Of a DNA stretch of 64,000 nucleotides, positions 28,130 through 37,501 are shown in pieces. Location of the stretch: positions 6,344-70,343 of the forward strand of contig DATKVN010000010.1 of assembly GCA_035530055.1 (NCBI GenBank), read 5' to 3'. The notes beneath the pieces were generated by a model. It was not told the origin of the DNA, ran no database searches, and saw nothing but the letters and a program-made list of their open reading frames with translations. The position numbers and the translations under genes are program-made. The first letter of the stretch is position 1. Each line of letters starts with the position of its first letter. The stretch is from a bacterium. GTDB lineage: Bacteria; UBA6262; WVXT01.

Positions 28130-29161
28130 TTAATGGAAAAAGATTGTCTTCTTTTTCCTGAGAAGATAGATGAAAAAGGGGCCTCCACATATGGCAGTTA
28201 TCACTCCTACGGGAATTTCTGTGGGCGCCATGAGCGTCCTGGCAAGAGTATCGGCAAGTATAAGATATATACTTCCGAATAGTCCAGCTGCGGGCAAAAG
28301 TAGCCTGTGGTCTGAGCCGATAATCATTCTCATAAGATGAGGAATTAATATACCCACGAACCCTATAAGACCACTGACTGAAACAGCAGCACCTGTAATT
28401 AGTGAAGCACCGATAAAAGCTATCTTTTTGGTGCGTTCTACGTCCAGACCGAGCTGAGTTGCTGATTCCTCTCCTAAGACTAAAAGATTGAGACCGCGAG
28501 CATAATAGAGAAGTATGAGAATTCCCACTATCACATATAACGAAACTATCACCACCATAGGATACTCTTGTGAACTCAAGCTACCCATCAGCCAGAAAAT
28601 TATTCCCTGCACCTTGTGGGGGCCGGCGATGGAGGTGATGAACATAATAATAGCTGCAAGTATGGCCCCGGTTACCACGCCCACTAAGAGCATTGTTTGA
28701 ATCGATATTTTCCTGTGTATTTTCGAGATATGGTAAACAAAAAGGATGGTGAGTAGTCCTCCGGCAAAACCGAACAGGGGAATTGAGGGTAGGGTACCAA
28801 TAGTAATGTTTAAACCAAGCAGAATAGCGATTATTGCTCCCAGGGCAGAACCACTGGAGACTCCCAGGATATAGGGGTCTGCCAAAGGATTTCTCAACAA
28901 AGCTTGCAAAACCACACCACTAACAGCAAGCGCTCCCCCTACCATGCAGGCAAGTAGTATTCTGGGAAGTCGCACCTTTAACAGAATTATTGCTTTAGTA
29001 TTCCACCAAGTTTGACCAGGAGAATTAGAAAATATCTCAAGTAAATCCTTAAGTTTGATGTCCGCTGAGCCTTGAAAAGAACAAAATATTATGGTGACAA
29101 TGAGAAGAATTATTAACAGGAGTATAGTTATTAGCCATTTTTTTAAACTTAAAACTTTCAT
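28130..29161 (-). CDS. ABC transporter permease, FecCD/BtuC family
   Basis: 343 aa with about 10 TM segments in the typical FecCD layout. Confidence 0.85.
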   Translation of the reverse strand: MKVLSLKKWLITILLLIILLIVTIIFCSFQGSADIKLKDLLEIFSNSPGQTWWNTKAIILLKVRLPRILLACMVGGALAVSGVVLQALLRNPLADPYILGVSSGSALGAIIAILLGLNITIGTLPSIPLFGFAGGLLTILFVYHISKIHRKISIQTMLLVGVVTGAILAAIIMFITSIAGPHKVQGIIFWLMGSLSSQEYPMVVIVSLYVIVGILILLYYARGLNLLVLGEESATQLGLDVERTKKIAFIGASLITGAAVSVSGLIGFVGILIPHLMRMIIGSDHRLLLPAAGLFGSIYLILADTLARTLMAPTEIPVGVITAICGGPFFIYLLRKKKTIFFH

Positions 29162-30090
29162 CTTTGTGGCTCCAAAAATATTTCCGGATGTATTGCCTTA
29201 GCTATTTCCATAAGCCCCTCAATCATTCTCGGTCCGGGTCTGGTTAACAGATTAGCTTCAACTACATAGATTTGACCATTACGCACTGCGGATATATTCG
29301 TCCACCTCTTCCACCATTTTTTTTGAGCGAGACAGGGATCGTCTGGAGTCATCGAACAGATGATAATCACCTCAGGGTCAGCCAAAAGAATCTCTTCCAG
29401 TGAGTATTTACGGTATCTAGAGGAGGAATGACCAACTACATTTCTTCCGCCAGCAATCTCAATTAAATCATGGGCAAAGCTCCCCGGACCCACGGATATG
29501 AGTGGGTCTTTTCCCATTCCCAGAAATACACCAGGACGAGAGATTTCAGCGACTTTTTTCCTAACTCCGTGCAGTCTTTTCTTCAAAGCTTGCAAAAGTT
29601 CTCTTGCTCTTTCTTCTCGATATGTTAGCTTTGCTAATGAAGAAATGTTAGCAAAAATGTCCTCTATCTTTTTAGGGTCTAAAACGAAAACTTTAATGCC
29701 AAAATCTTCCAGTTGTTGGATTAATCGGGGAGTATTGGTTTTCAGAGTGGTCACTACCAGGTCAGGTTCGAGTAATGCAATTGCTTCGATGTTGGGGTTT
29801 ATGTATCCGCCTACTTTTGGCGTAGTTCTCGCTTGTTCAGGATAGTCACAATAGTCTGTTACTCCCACCATTTCATTATTCAGTCCCAGGGCAAAGAGTA
29901 TCTCCGTGATGCTGGGGTCGAGAGAGACTATTCTCTGTGGAGGATGGTTGAATCTCACTTCTCTTTCGAGGTCATCTATGACTACGACTCCGTATGGAGA
30001 ATTCGATTTTAAGGGTGGTGCTTGACTGCTGCAAGAGGATACCAACAAAATGGAAATAATTAAGAAGATAAAATGATGTTTCATAGCCAT
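29158..30090 (-). CDS. Periplasmic substrate-binding (lipo)protein, BtuF/class III cluster A-2 type
   Basis: Signal peptide with a lipobox-like LVSSCSS, and a PBP fold resembling cobalamin/siderophore binders. Its 4-bp overlap with the permease gene suggests an operon. Confidence 0.75.
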   Translation of the reverse strand: MAMKHHFIFLIISILLVSSCSSQAPPLKSNSPYGVVVIDDLEREVRFNHPPQRIVSLDPSITEILFALGLNNEMVGVTDYCDYPEQARTTPKVGGYINPNIEAIALLEPDLVVTTLKTNTPRLIQQLEDFGIKVFVLDPKKIEDIFANISSLAKLTYREERARELLQALKKRLHGVRKKVAEISRPGVFLGMGKDPLISVGPGSFAHDLIEIAGGRNVVGHSSSRYRKYSLEEILLADPEVIIICSMTPDDPCLAQKKWWKRWTNISAVRNGQIYVVEANLLTRPGPRMIEGLMEIAKAIHPEIFLEPQR

Positions 30091-30100
30091 ATTTCTCTTT

Positions 30101-30268
30101 TTGTAGCCGCAAAGCGTAAGCTTTGCCTCATTTTAGCAGAGCTATCGCTCTGCAGCTACAATTTTATGGGTAGTGTAGCCTTTTATGGTCGTAATCGTAA
30201 TATAATTGTAGTGTAGCCCTTTATGGGCGTAATGTTTACGGGCATAAAGCCCTACACTACAAAAACCA
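30101..30268. repeat. Intra-operon mosaic of hairpin modules (AGCAAAGCGTAAGCTTTGC; GCAGAGCTATCGCTCTGC; GTAGTGTAGCC...GGCTACACTAC doublets)
   Basis: It shares modules with 49179-49340, 57340-57478 and 58590-58660. Confidence 0.8.
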
Positions 30269-31006
30269 TTATAAACTAATAAGCGAGAAAATTAGGAGGC
30301 TGAAGACTTCGGTTAATTCGTTTATTGCGCCGAAGGTATCTCCAGTCATACCTCCAATTTTCCTGGTGATATACCTTGTTAAGATAAGAGTAAATAGAAA
30401 TATACTCAAAATAAAGAGTGGCAATTGAGTTTTCAAAATCAGAAACGCTACTATTAATGTAAACAGTGTTGCCCCCAACCATTCTCTCAATCTTACCGGT
30501 TTACAGAAGAACTTTCCCAGACCTTCACTCTTTGCTCCTTTAGAGAGGGAGCCGGAGATTGCCATTGCCCATCTGCTGGATAGAGGCATCAACAGCAAAG
30601 CTTTGTATTTAATTACTTCGGGAATTCCCTCAAGAAGAGCAAATTTAAAAAGAATCAGAATAATCAGTGCTATTGCGCCCATTGTGCCGATATGACTATC
30701 TCCCATTATCTTCAGTATCTCTTGTCTATCCTTGCCTGCGTAGAATCCGTCTACTGTATCGGCGAAACCATCCAGATGGAGCGCGCCGGTGAGAATAACT
30801 AAAAGAAGAATAATAGATAAATTAACTACTGAATGGTTCAAATGTTTTGAAAGCACGAAGTTAAGCCCCACAAGACAACCACCAATCAAAAGACCAACAA
30901 AAGGGAAGTAGAATAAAGACCTGGATAGATAATTGCTGGTAACTTTACCTCTTTTGCCAGAGCTAAAGATAGTTAAAAACTGAATTGCTGCCACCATTGA
31001 TTTCAT
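30269..31006 (-). CDS. cobS: Adenosylcobinamide-GDP ribazoletransferase (cobalamin synthase)
   Basis: 245 aa integral membrane protein with the HLDGFADTVDG motif. Confidence 0.9.
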   Translation of the reverse strand: MKSMVAAIQFLTIFSSGKRGKVTSNYLSRSLFYFPFVGLLIGGCLVGLNFVLSKHLNHSVVNLSIILLLVILTGALHLDGFADTVDGFYAGKDRQEILKIMGDSHIGTMGAIALIILILFKFALLEGIPEVIKYKALLLMPLSSRWAMAISGSLSKGAKSEGLGKFFCKPVRLREWLGATLFTLIVAFLILKTQLPLFILSIFLFTLILTRYITRKIGGMTGDTFGAINELTEVFSLLIFSLISL

Positions 31007-32058
31007 AATCCTTCGGAAACTCCTGCATCGGGGAAGGTTGCCATCTGAGTCAATATCTTTATACCTGCATCTACCATATTTATGCCCAGGGCTGCTCCAG
31101 TACCTTCACCAAGTCTGAGGTCTAAGTCGAGTAGGGGTTTTAAACCTAAAAAGCTCAACATTCGCTTATGGCCAGCTTCTGCTGAACAATGTGAGGGAAT
31201 CAAGTAACTCTTAACTTTCGGTTCTATCTCTATTGCCAGAAGAGCTGCTGCCCCGGAGATGAATCCGTCGATAACCACAGGAATCCTGTGAGAAGCACCG
31301 GCAAGCATAATTCCCAGTAGTCCTCCGATTTCAAACCCTCCCACTTTGGATAGAATATCGATCGGGTCATTGGGGTCTGGTCTATTGGTTTCTAATGCCT
31401 TCTTAATAACATCTATTTTACGCTTAAGTTTAAAGTCATCTATTCCTGTCCCCCTGCCGGTAATTTCTTCTGCAGATGTCTTGGTTATAGCTGCGAGAAT
31501 TGCGCTGGATGGGGTGGTATTCCCAATTCCCATATCTCCTGTGCCAATAATATCTATGCCTCTTTCCAGTTCTTCTTCCACAATTTCGATTCCTTCATTA
31601 ATTGACCTTATTGCTTCTTCCCGGCTCATTGCCGGTTCTTTTACTATGTTTTTAGTTCCATAATTTATTTTTCTGATTATAAGATTGGGGTGGGGTTTTA
31701 AGTCGCAGGCAACTCCCATATCGACTACTACCACTCTTGCGCCTATGTGGCGAGCGAGAACGTTAATTCCTGCTCCTCCCTGTAAAAAGTTGTAAACCAT
31801 CTGGCTGGTGACTTCCTGAGGAAAGACACTTACTCCTTCTTTTGCGATTCCATGGTCTCCGGCTAAAGTAAATATCACTTTATTCTTCAAATTGGGACTA
31901 TCTTCTCTCTTGATTCCCACCACAATTTTTGCCAGCTCTTCCAGTCTTCCTAAACTCCCTCTGGGTTTGGTGAGAAAGTCTAATCTCTTTTGCGTTTTTT
32001 CCATCATTTGTTGGTCGATTGGCTCAATCTTTTCAATAACTTTTCGAATTCTTTCCAT
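31003..32058 (-). CDS. cobT: Nicotinate-nucleotide--dimethylbenzimidazole phosphoribosyltransferase
   Basis: 351 aa with the CobT signature regions (GDHGIAKEGVS, GTGDMGIGNTT). Confidence 0.9.
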   Translation of the reverse strand: MERIRKVIEKIEPIDQQMMEKTQKRLDFLTKPRGSLGRLEELAKIVVGIKREDSPNLKNKVIFTLAGDHGIAKEGVSVFPQEVTSQMVYNFLQGGAGINVLARHIGARVVVVDMGVACDLKPHPNLIIRKINYGTKNIVKEPAMSREEAIRSINEGIEIVEEELERGIDIIGTGDMGIGNTTPSSAILAAITKTSAEEITGRGTGIDDFKLKRKIDVIKKALETNRPDPNDPIDILSKVGGFEIGGLLGIMLAGASHRIPVVIDGFISGAAALLAIEIEPKVKSYLIPSHCSAEAGHKRMLSFLGLKPLLDLDLRLGEGTGAALGINMVDAGIKILTQMATFPDAGVSEGL

Positions 32059-32060
32059 TT

Positions 32061-32588
32061 TTACCCCTTTATCTTAACGGGAATCCCTGCCTCCAGCAAG
32101 TATACTTCGTCTGCCAGCTTAGCAACTACCTGGTTGGTTTGCCCGGCGATATCCCTAAAATTACGGCCTAATCTATTTTCTGGAACAATTCCCATCCCTA
32201 CCTCGTTAGAAACTATTAGAGTGGTAAGGTTTCTCTTCTTGAGAGTCCTGAAGAACTCTTTAATTTTCTTCAAAGTTGCTGCTTCTTTTTCTCCGGAAAG
32301 GAGAAGATTTGAAATCAAGATAGTTAAACAATCGACTATCACTATACTGGCTTTCCCTAATTTAGCCAAAATTTTTGATATATCTTTTCTTTCTTCTATA
32401 GTTTTCCAAGAAGCGGGGCGTCTTTTCTTGTGTCTCTCTATTCTTTTTTTCATCTCTTCATCGAGGGCAAAAGCAGTGGCGACATAAACTACCCCAGATT
32501 GTCCAGACGATAACTTCTTGGCCTGGGTAACAGCGAAACTGCTCTTCCCACTGCGTGCTCCACCTAAGATAAGGATTAACTTTCCCAT
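32061..32588 (-). CDS. cobU: Bifunctional adenosylcobinamide kinase / adenosylcobinamide-phosphate guanylyltransferase
   Basis: P-loop ILGGARSGKSSFA. The start was chosen at MGKLIL (ATG at 32588), 8 nt downstream of the GGAG RBS. The longer listed start lies inside the riboswitch terminator. Confidence 0.85.
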   Translation of the reverse strand: MGKLILILGGARSGKSSFAVTQAKKLSSGQSGVVYVATAFALDEEMKKRIERHKKRRPASWKTIEERKDISKILAKLGKASIVIVDCLTILISNLLLSGEKEAATLKKIKEFFRTLKKRNLTTLIVSNEVGMGIVPENRLGRNFRDIAGQTNQVVAKLADEVYLLEAGIPVKIKG

Positions 32589-32610
32589 ATACATTTCTCC
32601 AAAAATTAAA

Positions 32611-32780
32611 AAACCCAACCTTCACTTGAAAGTTGGGACTGAAGCCTTATGAATTCGGCCAACCCTCCCGCGAAGGCACTATATTGCAAACAGGTTCTCG
32701 GACTTGCTTCTGTTAAGAAGCTCACCGTTGCGGGGCAGTGTCCGGTTTTCACGGACTTCCCCTATTTACATAAAAAATAT
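32611..32780 (-). promoter_or_regulatory. Cobalamin (AdoCbl) riboswitch with terminator-type expression platform
   Basis: Minus-strand RNA reads GGGGAAGUCCGUGAAAACCGGACACUGCCCCGCAACGGUGAGC ... AAGUCCGAGAACCUGUUUGC (B12-box-like), then the terminator CCCAACUUUCAAGUGAAGGUUGGG + UUUUUU ending 22 nt before the cobU ATG. Confidence 0.8.
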
Positions 32781-32787
32781 TTAATTT

Positions 32788-32818
32788 ATTCTACTATATA
32801 TGCTCTTCCTCTGTCAAG
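32788..32818 (-). promoter_or_regulatory. Sigma70-like promoter for the riboswitch-cob/btu operon
   Basis: Minus-strand TTGACA (32813-32818), a 19-nt spacer, then TAGAAT (32788-32793). The spacer is one or two nt longer than optimal. Confidence 0.4.
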
Positions 32819-33681
32819 CACTTTCCTAATTTCGTCTTCCTATATTCTTTTAACTGTGATAGAACATCATAGGGAATTTCCTGATTTCCTATCAGAATTT
32901 CCTCATCCAATATCTCTCCGTGACAATCGGAGCCTCCAGTAATTAGAAGACCAAACGCCTTAGCCCAACTCCGAAATCTCTTTACATCTTCAGAAGAATG
33001 CTTAGTATAGTAACCTTCAATTCCATCTAATCCAAAACCTTTGAGTTTTTGAATTATTTCCTTGCTGTTTCCTCCATATAGAGGATGGGCGATAACAGAG
33101 ATTCCTCCAAGCCGGGAGATCAGGTCGAGTGCTTCTTGAGAGGGCAATCTTAACTTAGGAACGTAGGCTGGTTTGCCATAAGCTAAATAGCGGTCGAAAG
33201 CTTCCTGGAGATAGTTAACAAATCCTTCTTCTTTTAAAACTTTCGCCACATGCATTCTACCAACAGAACCTTTGCCAGCGAACTCAAATAATTGTTGGGG
33301 ATCAATCTTAACTCCCAGATGGTCCAGTTTTTCTAAAATCTCGTAGGCTCTCTTGCGGCGTGCTTCCCTGAAATTGCGGAGTTTCTCCTGAAAATTCTCA
33401 TCTTGCCAATCGATATAGTATCCCAGAATGTGTATCTCTTCATCTCGAGAAGACTCCGGCTCGACGCTTAGTTCCACTCCAGGAACGATTTCTACTCCCA
33501 ATTTTTTTCCCGCCTTAATAGCCGAGGGGGTAGCATCAGTATTGTCGTGGTCAGTAATAGATATGGCGGCCAAACCCGCCTTGCTGGCATGCTTAACAAT
33601 TTCTTCCGGAGTAAAAGCCCCGTCAGAAAATGTGCTATGTATATGCAAGTCTACGTATAGATTTTTCAAAATATGCTCCAT
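32794..33681 (-). CDS. PHP-domain metal-dependent phosphoesterase (TrpH/YciV-like)
   Basis: 295 aa with the N-terminal HIHSTFSDG and the conserved His/Asp metal ligands of the PHP fold. Confidence 0.8.
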   Translation of the reverse strand: MEHILKNLYVDLHIHSTFSDGAFTPEEIVKHASKAGLAAISITDHDNTDATPSAIKAGKKLGVEIVPGVELSVEPESSRDEEIHILGYYIDWQDENFQEKLRNFREARRKRAYEILEKLDHLGVKIDPQQLFEFAGKGSVGRMHVAKVLKEEGFVNYLQEAFDRYLAYGKPAYVPKLRLPSQEALDLISRLGGISVIAHPLYGGNSKEIIQKLKGFGLDGIEGYYTKHSSEDVKRFRSWAKAFGLLITGGSDCHGEILDEEILIGNQEIPYDVLSQLKEYRKTKLGKCLTEEEHI

Positions 33682-33699
33682 TAATAAGTAGATGCTGGA

Positions 33700-33795
33700 G
33701 TCCTGCCGATTTCATCGGGGGAATAACTATCTTCCTCCCTCTCGGGAGGACTCCATACCCAGACTTTCTTCGGGAGGAATCCAGAAAAATTTAAA
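33700..33795. repeat. Hairpin modules (CCCCGATGAAATCGGGG; CCTCCCTCTCGGGAGG; GGACTCC)
   Basis: Members of the CCTCCC/GGGAGG family. Confidence 0.7.
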
Positions 33796-33801
33796 AATTA
33801 C

Positions 33802-33876
<75 letters not shown>

Positions 33877-33889
33877 TTTGATTAAGAAA

Positions 33890-33918
33890 ATTTTATTCCA
33901 AAAAGACCCTTTTGTCAA
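33890..33918 (-). promoter_or_regulatory. Near-consensus sigma70 promoter for tRNA-Gly
   Basis: Minus-strand TTGACA (33913-33918), a 17-nt spacer, then TAAAAT (33890-33895). The -10 ends 13 nt before the tRNA 5' end. Confidence 0.65.
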
Positions 33919-33935
33919 GTAAATGGTTAGAACCC

Positions 33936-34613
33936 TCATTTGCTGAATTTATATTTAAGTATAGTTAAAATGCCTGAAAGAGCATCTTTCCAGTTGATTT
34001 TCTTTCCCTCTTTTAATGTTCTGGGAGAATATGATATGGGGATTTCATGAATCTCGTAACCTTTCTTCAGCAATTTAACTGTAACTTCGGCTTCAAATTC
34101 AAACCTTTTTGCTTGCAATGTCAAATTTTTTAGAACGCCAGTTTCAAAGGCCTTATAGCAGGTATATGAATCGGTGATCCTGGAACGGTATAATATATTG
34201 ACTAACCAGGTCAAAAACTTGTTGCCTAAAAGGTAACGCAAGTAAATAGGTTTGTTAAATTGTAGAAATCTGGAACCATAAATAATCTTGGCTTTTCTAT
34301 CCAGAATTGGTCTCATCAATTTATGGTACTCTTCGGGGTCATATTCTAAATCAGCATCCTGTATGATTGTTACCTCTCCCTCAAGGTAGGGAATCGCTGT
34401 CCTTATTGCGCTTCCCTTTCCCTGGTTTTTCGTATGGTAAATTACTCTTATATTTTCATCCCTCAATTTTTCCAATATCTCTCTCGTCCTGTCAGTGGAA
34501 CCGTCATCAACTATAACAATTTGCTTATCAATATTTACTTTTTTTACTTTGTCGATGATGTTTAGTATCGTACTTTCTTCATTAAAAACTGGCATGATAA
34601 CTGATAATTTCAC
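33936..34613 (-). CDS. Family 2 glycosyltransferase (polyprenol-phosphate sugar transferase-like)
   Basis: 225 aa with SVIMPVFNEE, DDGSTD, the DxD motif (QDADLEYD) and GSRF. Confidence 0.8.
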   Translation of the reverse strand: MKLSVIMPVFNEESTILNIIDKVKKVNIDKQIVIVDDGSTDRTREILEKLRDENIRVIYHTKNQGKGSAIRTAIPYLEGEVTIIQDADLEYDPEEYHKLMRPILDRKAKIIYGSRFLQFNKPIYLRYLLGNKFLTWLVNILYRSRITDSYTCYKAFETGVLKNLTLQAKRFEFEAEVTVKLLKKGYEIHEIPISYSPRTLKEGKKINWKDALSGILTILKYKFSK

Positions 34614-36112
34614 AACTTCTCCTCTTTTAATGTCTTCTTCAAAAACTGGAGAGCTTCCTCTTTATTTTTTAATTTTCCTCCCGCCTGGATTTCTGCTACT
34701 CTTTTCAATAACTTGCCAATCAAAGGACCTTGAGGAAGATTGAAACTTTTCATAATCTCATCTCCTCGAACAAGAGGTTTAGGCAAGATTCGTTCTTTAT
34801 GGTAGTAGTACTTGTTTAACATTTTTCTAACAGTCTGTTCATGTTTCCTTATGGACTTTCGACTTATTTCTATGGCAAACTTTTTATCTCGCTCAGGTAG
34901 AATCTTTCGATAAGAATAGCGGTCTGCCAGAGAGAGAAGAAGAGTGTCCACTCCTTCTTCAGAAAGGTCTCTAAAAAAGCGATGGATTGCTCTATCGGTC
35001 AACCGAGGAGCTTCATTCAAGTTACCGGGACGCATATGGTGCTTAACCGTCTTCTCTACAATTTTGATTGCCTTATTACTGAATTTAAGCCTCTGCATAA
35101 TTTCCATAACCAGTGAGGCTCCCTTTTCATCGTGACCAAAAAACCGAACCCTTCCCTCTTCCCTCCTTACTGTTTTTGGCTTACCGATGTCGTGAAAAAT
35201 TGCTGCCCACTTTAAAAGAGATTTTCTTTCTACTTCACCAAATATTTTCTCATCGAGATGAGCCATTATCTTGCTAGACATCCGGGGAAAGAGCTTGACC
35301 AGGTTAGCAAAAATCTCTTCCAAGGATTTGAGAGTCTCCAGGGAATGTCCCCACAGCCCTTCCCGGTGGTAATAATTTCCAGGTTTCTCCTTCATTATTT
35401 TTATTTCAGGAATGATTCTGTTCAAAAGTCCTATTCTGTGCAGTCTTTGAAGATATCGATAACCTTGAGGTGCAAAGAGAATCTTGAACAATTCGTCTCT
35501 TATTCTCTCTCTGGCTACGCTTTTAATTAAATCGACCTTCTTTTTAATTTCATCCTCTGTTTTTTTCTCTATAGCAAATTCCAAGGTGGCTGCCAGGCGA
35601 TATCCGCGGAGTAATCTCAAGGGGTCATCGTCAAAAATTTTGCGAGAAGTTCTCCTTACTATTCTCTTTTTCAAATCTCCTATCCCGCCAGAAGGGTCTA
35701 TAATTAACCTGGACAGGAGTTTCGCCCGTTTTAAGGTTTTGAGGCTTCCTTCTATTTGGTCTAATCTCACAGCCATTGCATCGATGGTGAAATCTCTTAG
35801 TAAAAGGTCTTCTTTTATTTCTTTTCCGCGCATTTGAGAGAAGTCTAAATTGAATATCTGTTTATCTTTCTTCTTGGATATTTTCTGTTTTACTACCCGA
35901 TAAATCCTGTTTTTCTCATCCAGAAGAACAAAACTGCCGCTCACTTCACTGGCGAAATTCCTGGCGAACTTCTCAGCATCTCCTTCAGGAACAAAATCAA
36001 AATCCCCGGTCTCCCTTCCCAATAGTAAATCTCTTAGGGAACCACCCACCAGAAATATTTTTCTGTTAGATTTATTTGCAAAATTTAATATCAGTTTCAG
36101 CAATTTTTCCAT
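34610..36112 (-). CDS. CCA-adding tRNA nucleotidyltransferase / poly(A) polymerase family protein with HD domain
   Basis: Pol-beta head (FLVGGSLRDLLLGRETGDFDFV), the RNA-binding region and an HD motif (AAIFHDIGKP). The start was set at MEKLLK (ATG at 36112). The listed start further upstream lies in CCTCCC/GGGAGG repeats. Confidence 0.8.
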   Translation of the reverse strand: MEKLLKLILNFANKSNRKIFLVGGSLRDLLLGRETGDFDFVPEGDAEKFARNFASEVSGSFVLLDEKNRIYRVVKQKISKKKDKQIFNLDFSQMRGKEIKEDLLLRDFTIDAMAVRLDQIEGSLKTLKRAKLLSRLIIDPSGGIGDLKKRIVRRTSRKIFDDDPLRLLRGYRLAATLEFAIEKKTEDEIKKKVDLIKSVARERIRDELFKILFAPQGYRYLQRLHRIGLLNRIIPEIKIMKEKPGNYYHREGLWGHSLETLKSLEEIFANLVKLFPRMSSKIMAHLDEKIFGEVERKSLLKWAAIFHDIGKPKTVRREEGRVRFFGHDEKGASLVMEIMQRLKFSNKAIKIVEKTVKHHMRPGNLNEAPRLTDRAIHRFFRDLSEEGVDTLLLSLADRYSYRKILPERDKKFAIEISRKSIRKHEQTVRKMLNKYYYHKERILPKPLVRGDEIMKSFNLPQGPLIGKLLKRVAEIQAGGKLKNKEEALQFLKKTLKEEKL

Positions 36113-36298
36113 TTCAGTGCATGCGTTAGAAGGTCTCTGAAAATTCTGGACTCCTTGCGAATCGCGTAGGGGCGACCCTTGTGGTCGCCCGAACCTCCCT
36201 TTCGGGAGGACTCCACAAATTCTGGATTCCTTGCGAGAGCAAGGTTTTTTCCTCCCTCCCTTTCGGGAGGACTCCAAACTCCGATTTTGATAGGGCTC
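36113..36298. repeat. Hairpin-module mosaic (GCGACCCTTGTGGTCGCC; two CCTCCCTTTCGGGAGGACTCC units; CCTTGCGAGAGCAAGG)
   Basis: Members of the CCTCCC/GGGAGG family. Confidence 0.8.
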
Positions 36299-36598
36299 CT
36301 ATTTCTTTGAGCCTTTTTCTAAATTTTCTTTGATTTCTTTTAAGGTGCGTCGTCTCTCCATAGATGGTTTTACGTGTCGAATAATCCTTATAGTCTCTTC
36401 CCTGTCGTAGAGCCTATAGCCACCCTTGGTATAGCTGGCTACCTTTAATAAGCCGATGTCGGTGTAATACCTTACGAGAGAAGTAGTTACTCCTGCCAGA
36501 TTGGCTATCTCACCAATCTTAAGTAACCCTCTTCCCAATCTCTCCTTACGGGACAATCTCTCAATCTTCTTCCTTCTATCTTTTTCCTTTGGTGCCAT
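36299..36598 (-). CDS. MerR-family HTH transcriptional regulator (short)
   Basis: LKIGEIANLAGVTTSLVRYYTDIGLL resembles the MerR N-terminal HTH. 99 aa. Confidence 0.7.
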   Translation of the reverse strand: MAPKEKDRRKKIERLSRKERLGRGLLKIGEIANLAGVTTSLVRYYTDIGLLKVASYTKGGYRLYDREETIRIIRHVKPSMERRRTLKEIKENLEKGSKK

Positions 36599-36614
36599 CT
36601 CTTATCCCTCCTCT

Positions 36615-37415
36615 TTATTTTATGGTCTCAGTCTCCAGAGTGGGAATTGCTTCAAGCAACTTTTTTGTATAGGGATGAAGGGGGTCTTCATATACATTCC
36701 TGACAGAACCCCTTTCTACAATTTTTCCCTGGTACATTACCGCTACCCTGTCAGCTAAAAACCGCACGACGTTCAAATCATGAGCGATAAGAAGATAAGA
36801 TAATTCCAGAGAATCCCTCAAATCGAGCAAAAGATTTAGAATCTGAGCCTGAACAGAAATATCCAAAGAAGATACGGGCTCATCTGCGACAATCAATTCC
36901 GGTTGCATAGCCAGTGCCCTGGCAATGCCGATTCTCTGTCTTTGACCTCCACTGAACTGATGGGGATACTCATTTAAAATATTAACTGGCAATCCCACTC
37001 GATTTAAAAGTTCTCTTGTTTCCTTTTTTATTTTCTTATTTTTTACTTTCTCGTCAGTAGCTTCTAATCTATGTTTAACTGCTTCTCCAACAATAGTTCC
37101 TATTGTGAGCCTGGGATTGAGACTGGCAAAGGGATCCTGGAAGATTATCTGTATTTTTCGAGCCAGCTCTTTTCTTTTCAGTAAAGAGATATCTTTGCCG
37201 TGGAAAAAAATTTCCCCATCTGTGGGTTCAAATAGCCCCACAATCATCTTTGCTGTGGTGGTTTTGCCACAGCCGGATTCCCCTACCAGGGCAAAGACTT
37301 CTCCTTTTTTGATTTCAAAGGAGATACCATCAACAGCTCGTACGTAATCGATAACTCTCCTGAACACTCCTCGCTCTACAGGGAAATACTTTTTCAGATT
37401 ATCAACTTTTAACAT
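36615..37415 (-). CDS. Oligopeptide/dipeptide ABC transporter ATP-binding protein (OppF/DppF type)
   Basis: Walker A (GESGCGKTT), signature (FSGGQRQRI) and Walker B. Confidence 0.85.
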   Translation of the reverse strand: MLKVDNLKKYFPVERGVFRRVIDYVRAVDGISFEIKKGEVFALVGESGCGKTTTAKMIVGLFEPTDGEIFFHGKDISLLKRKELARKIQIIFQDPFASLNPRLTIGTIVGEAVKHRLEATDEKVKNKKIKKETRELLNRVGLPVNILNEYPHQFSGGQRQRIGIARALAMQPELIVADEPVSSLDISVQAQILNLLLDLRDSLELSYLLIAHDLNVVRFLADRVAVMYQGKIVERGSVRNVYEDPLHPYTKKLLEAIPTLETETIK

Positions 37416-37501
37416 AACTCCTTCACCCTACCCGTCCCGAGACCGGGACGGGACCGGGAAAACCGCCCGCTAAGCTGGTCGGGCACCGTTTACGGTGCCG
37501 T

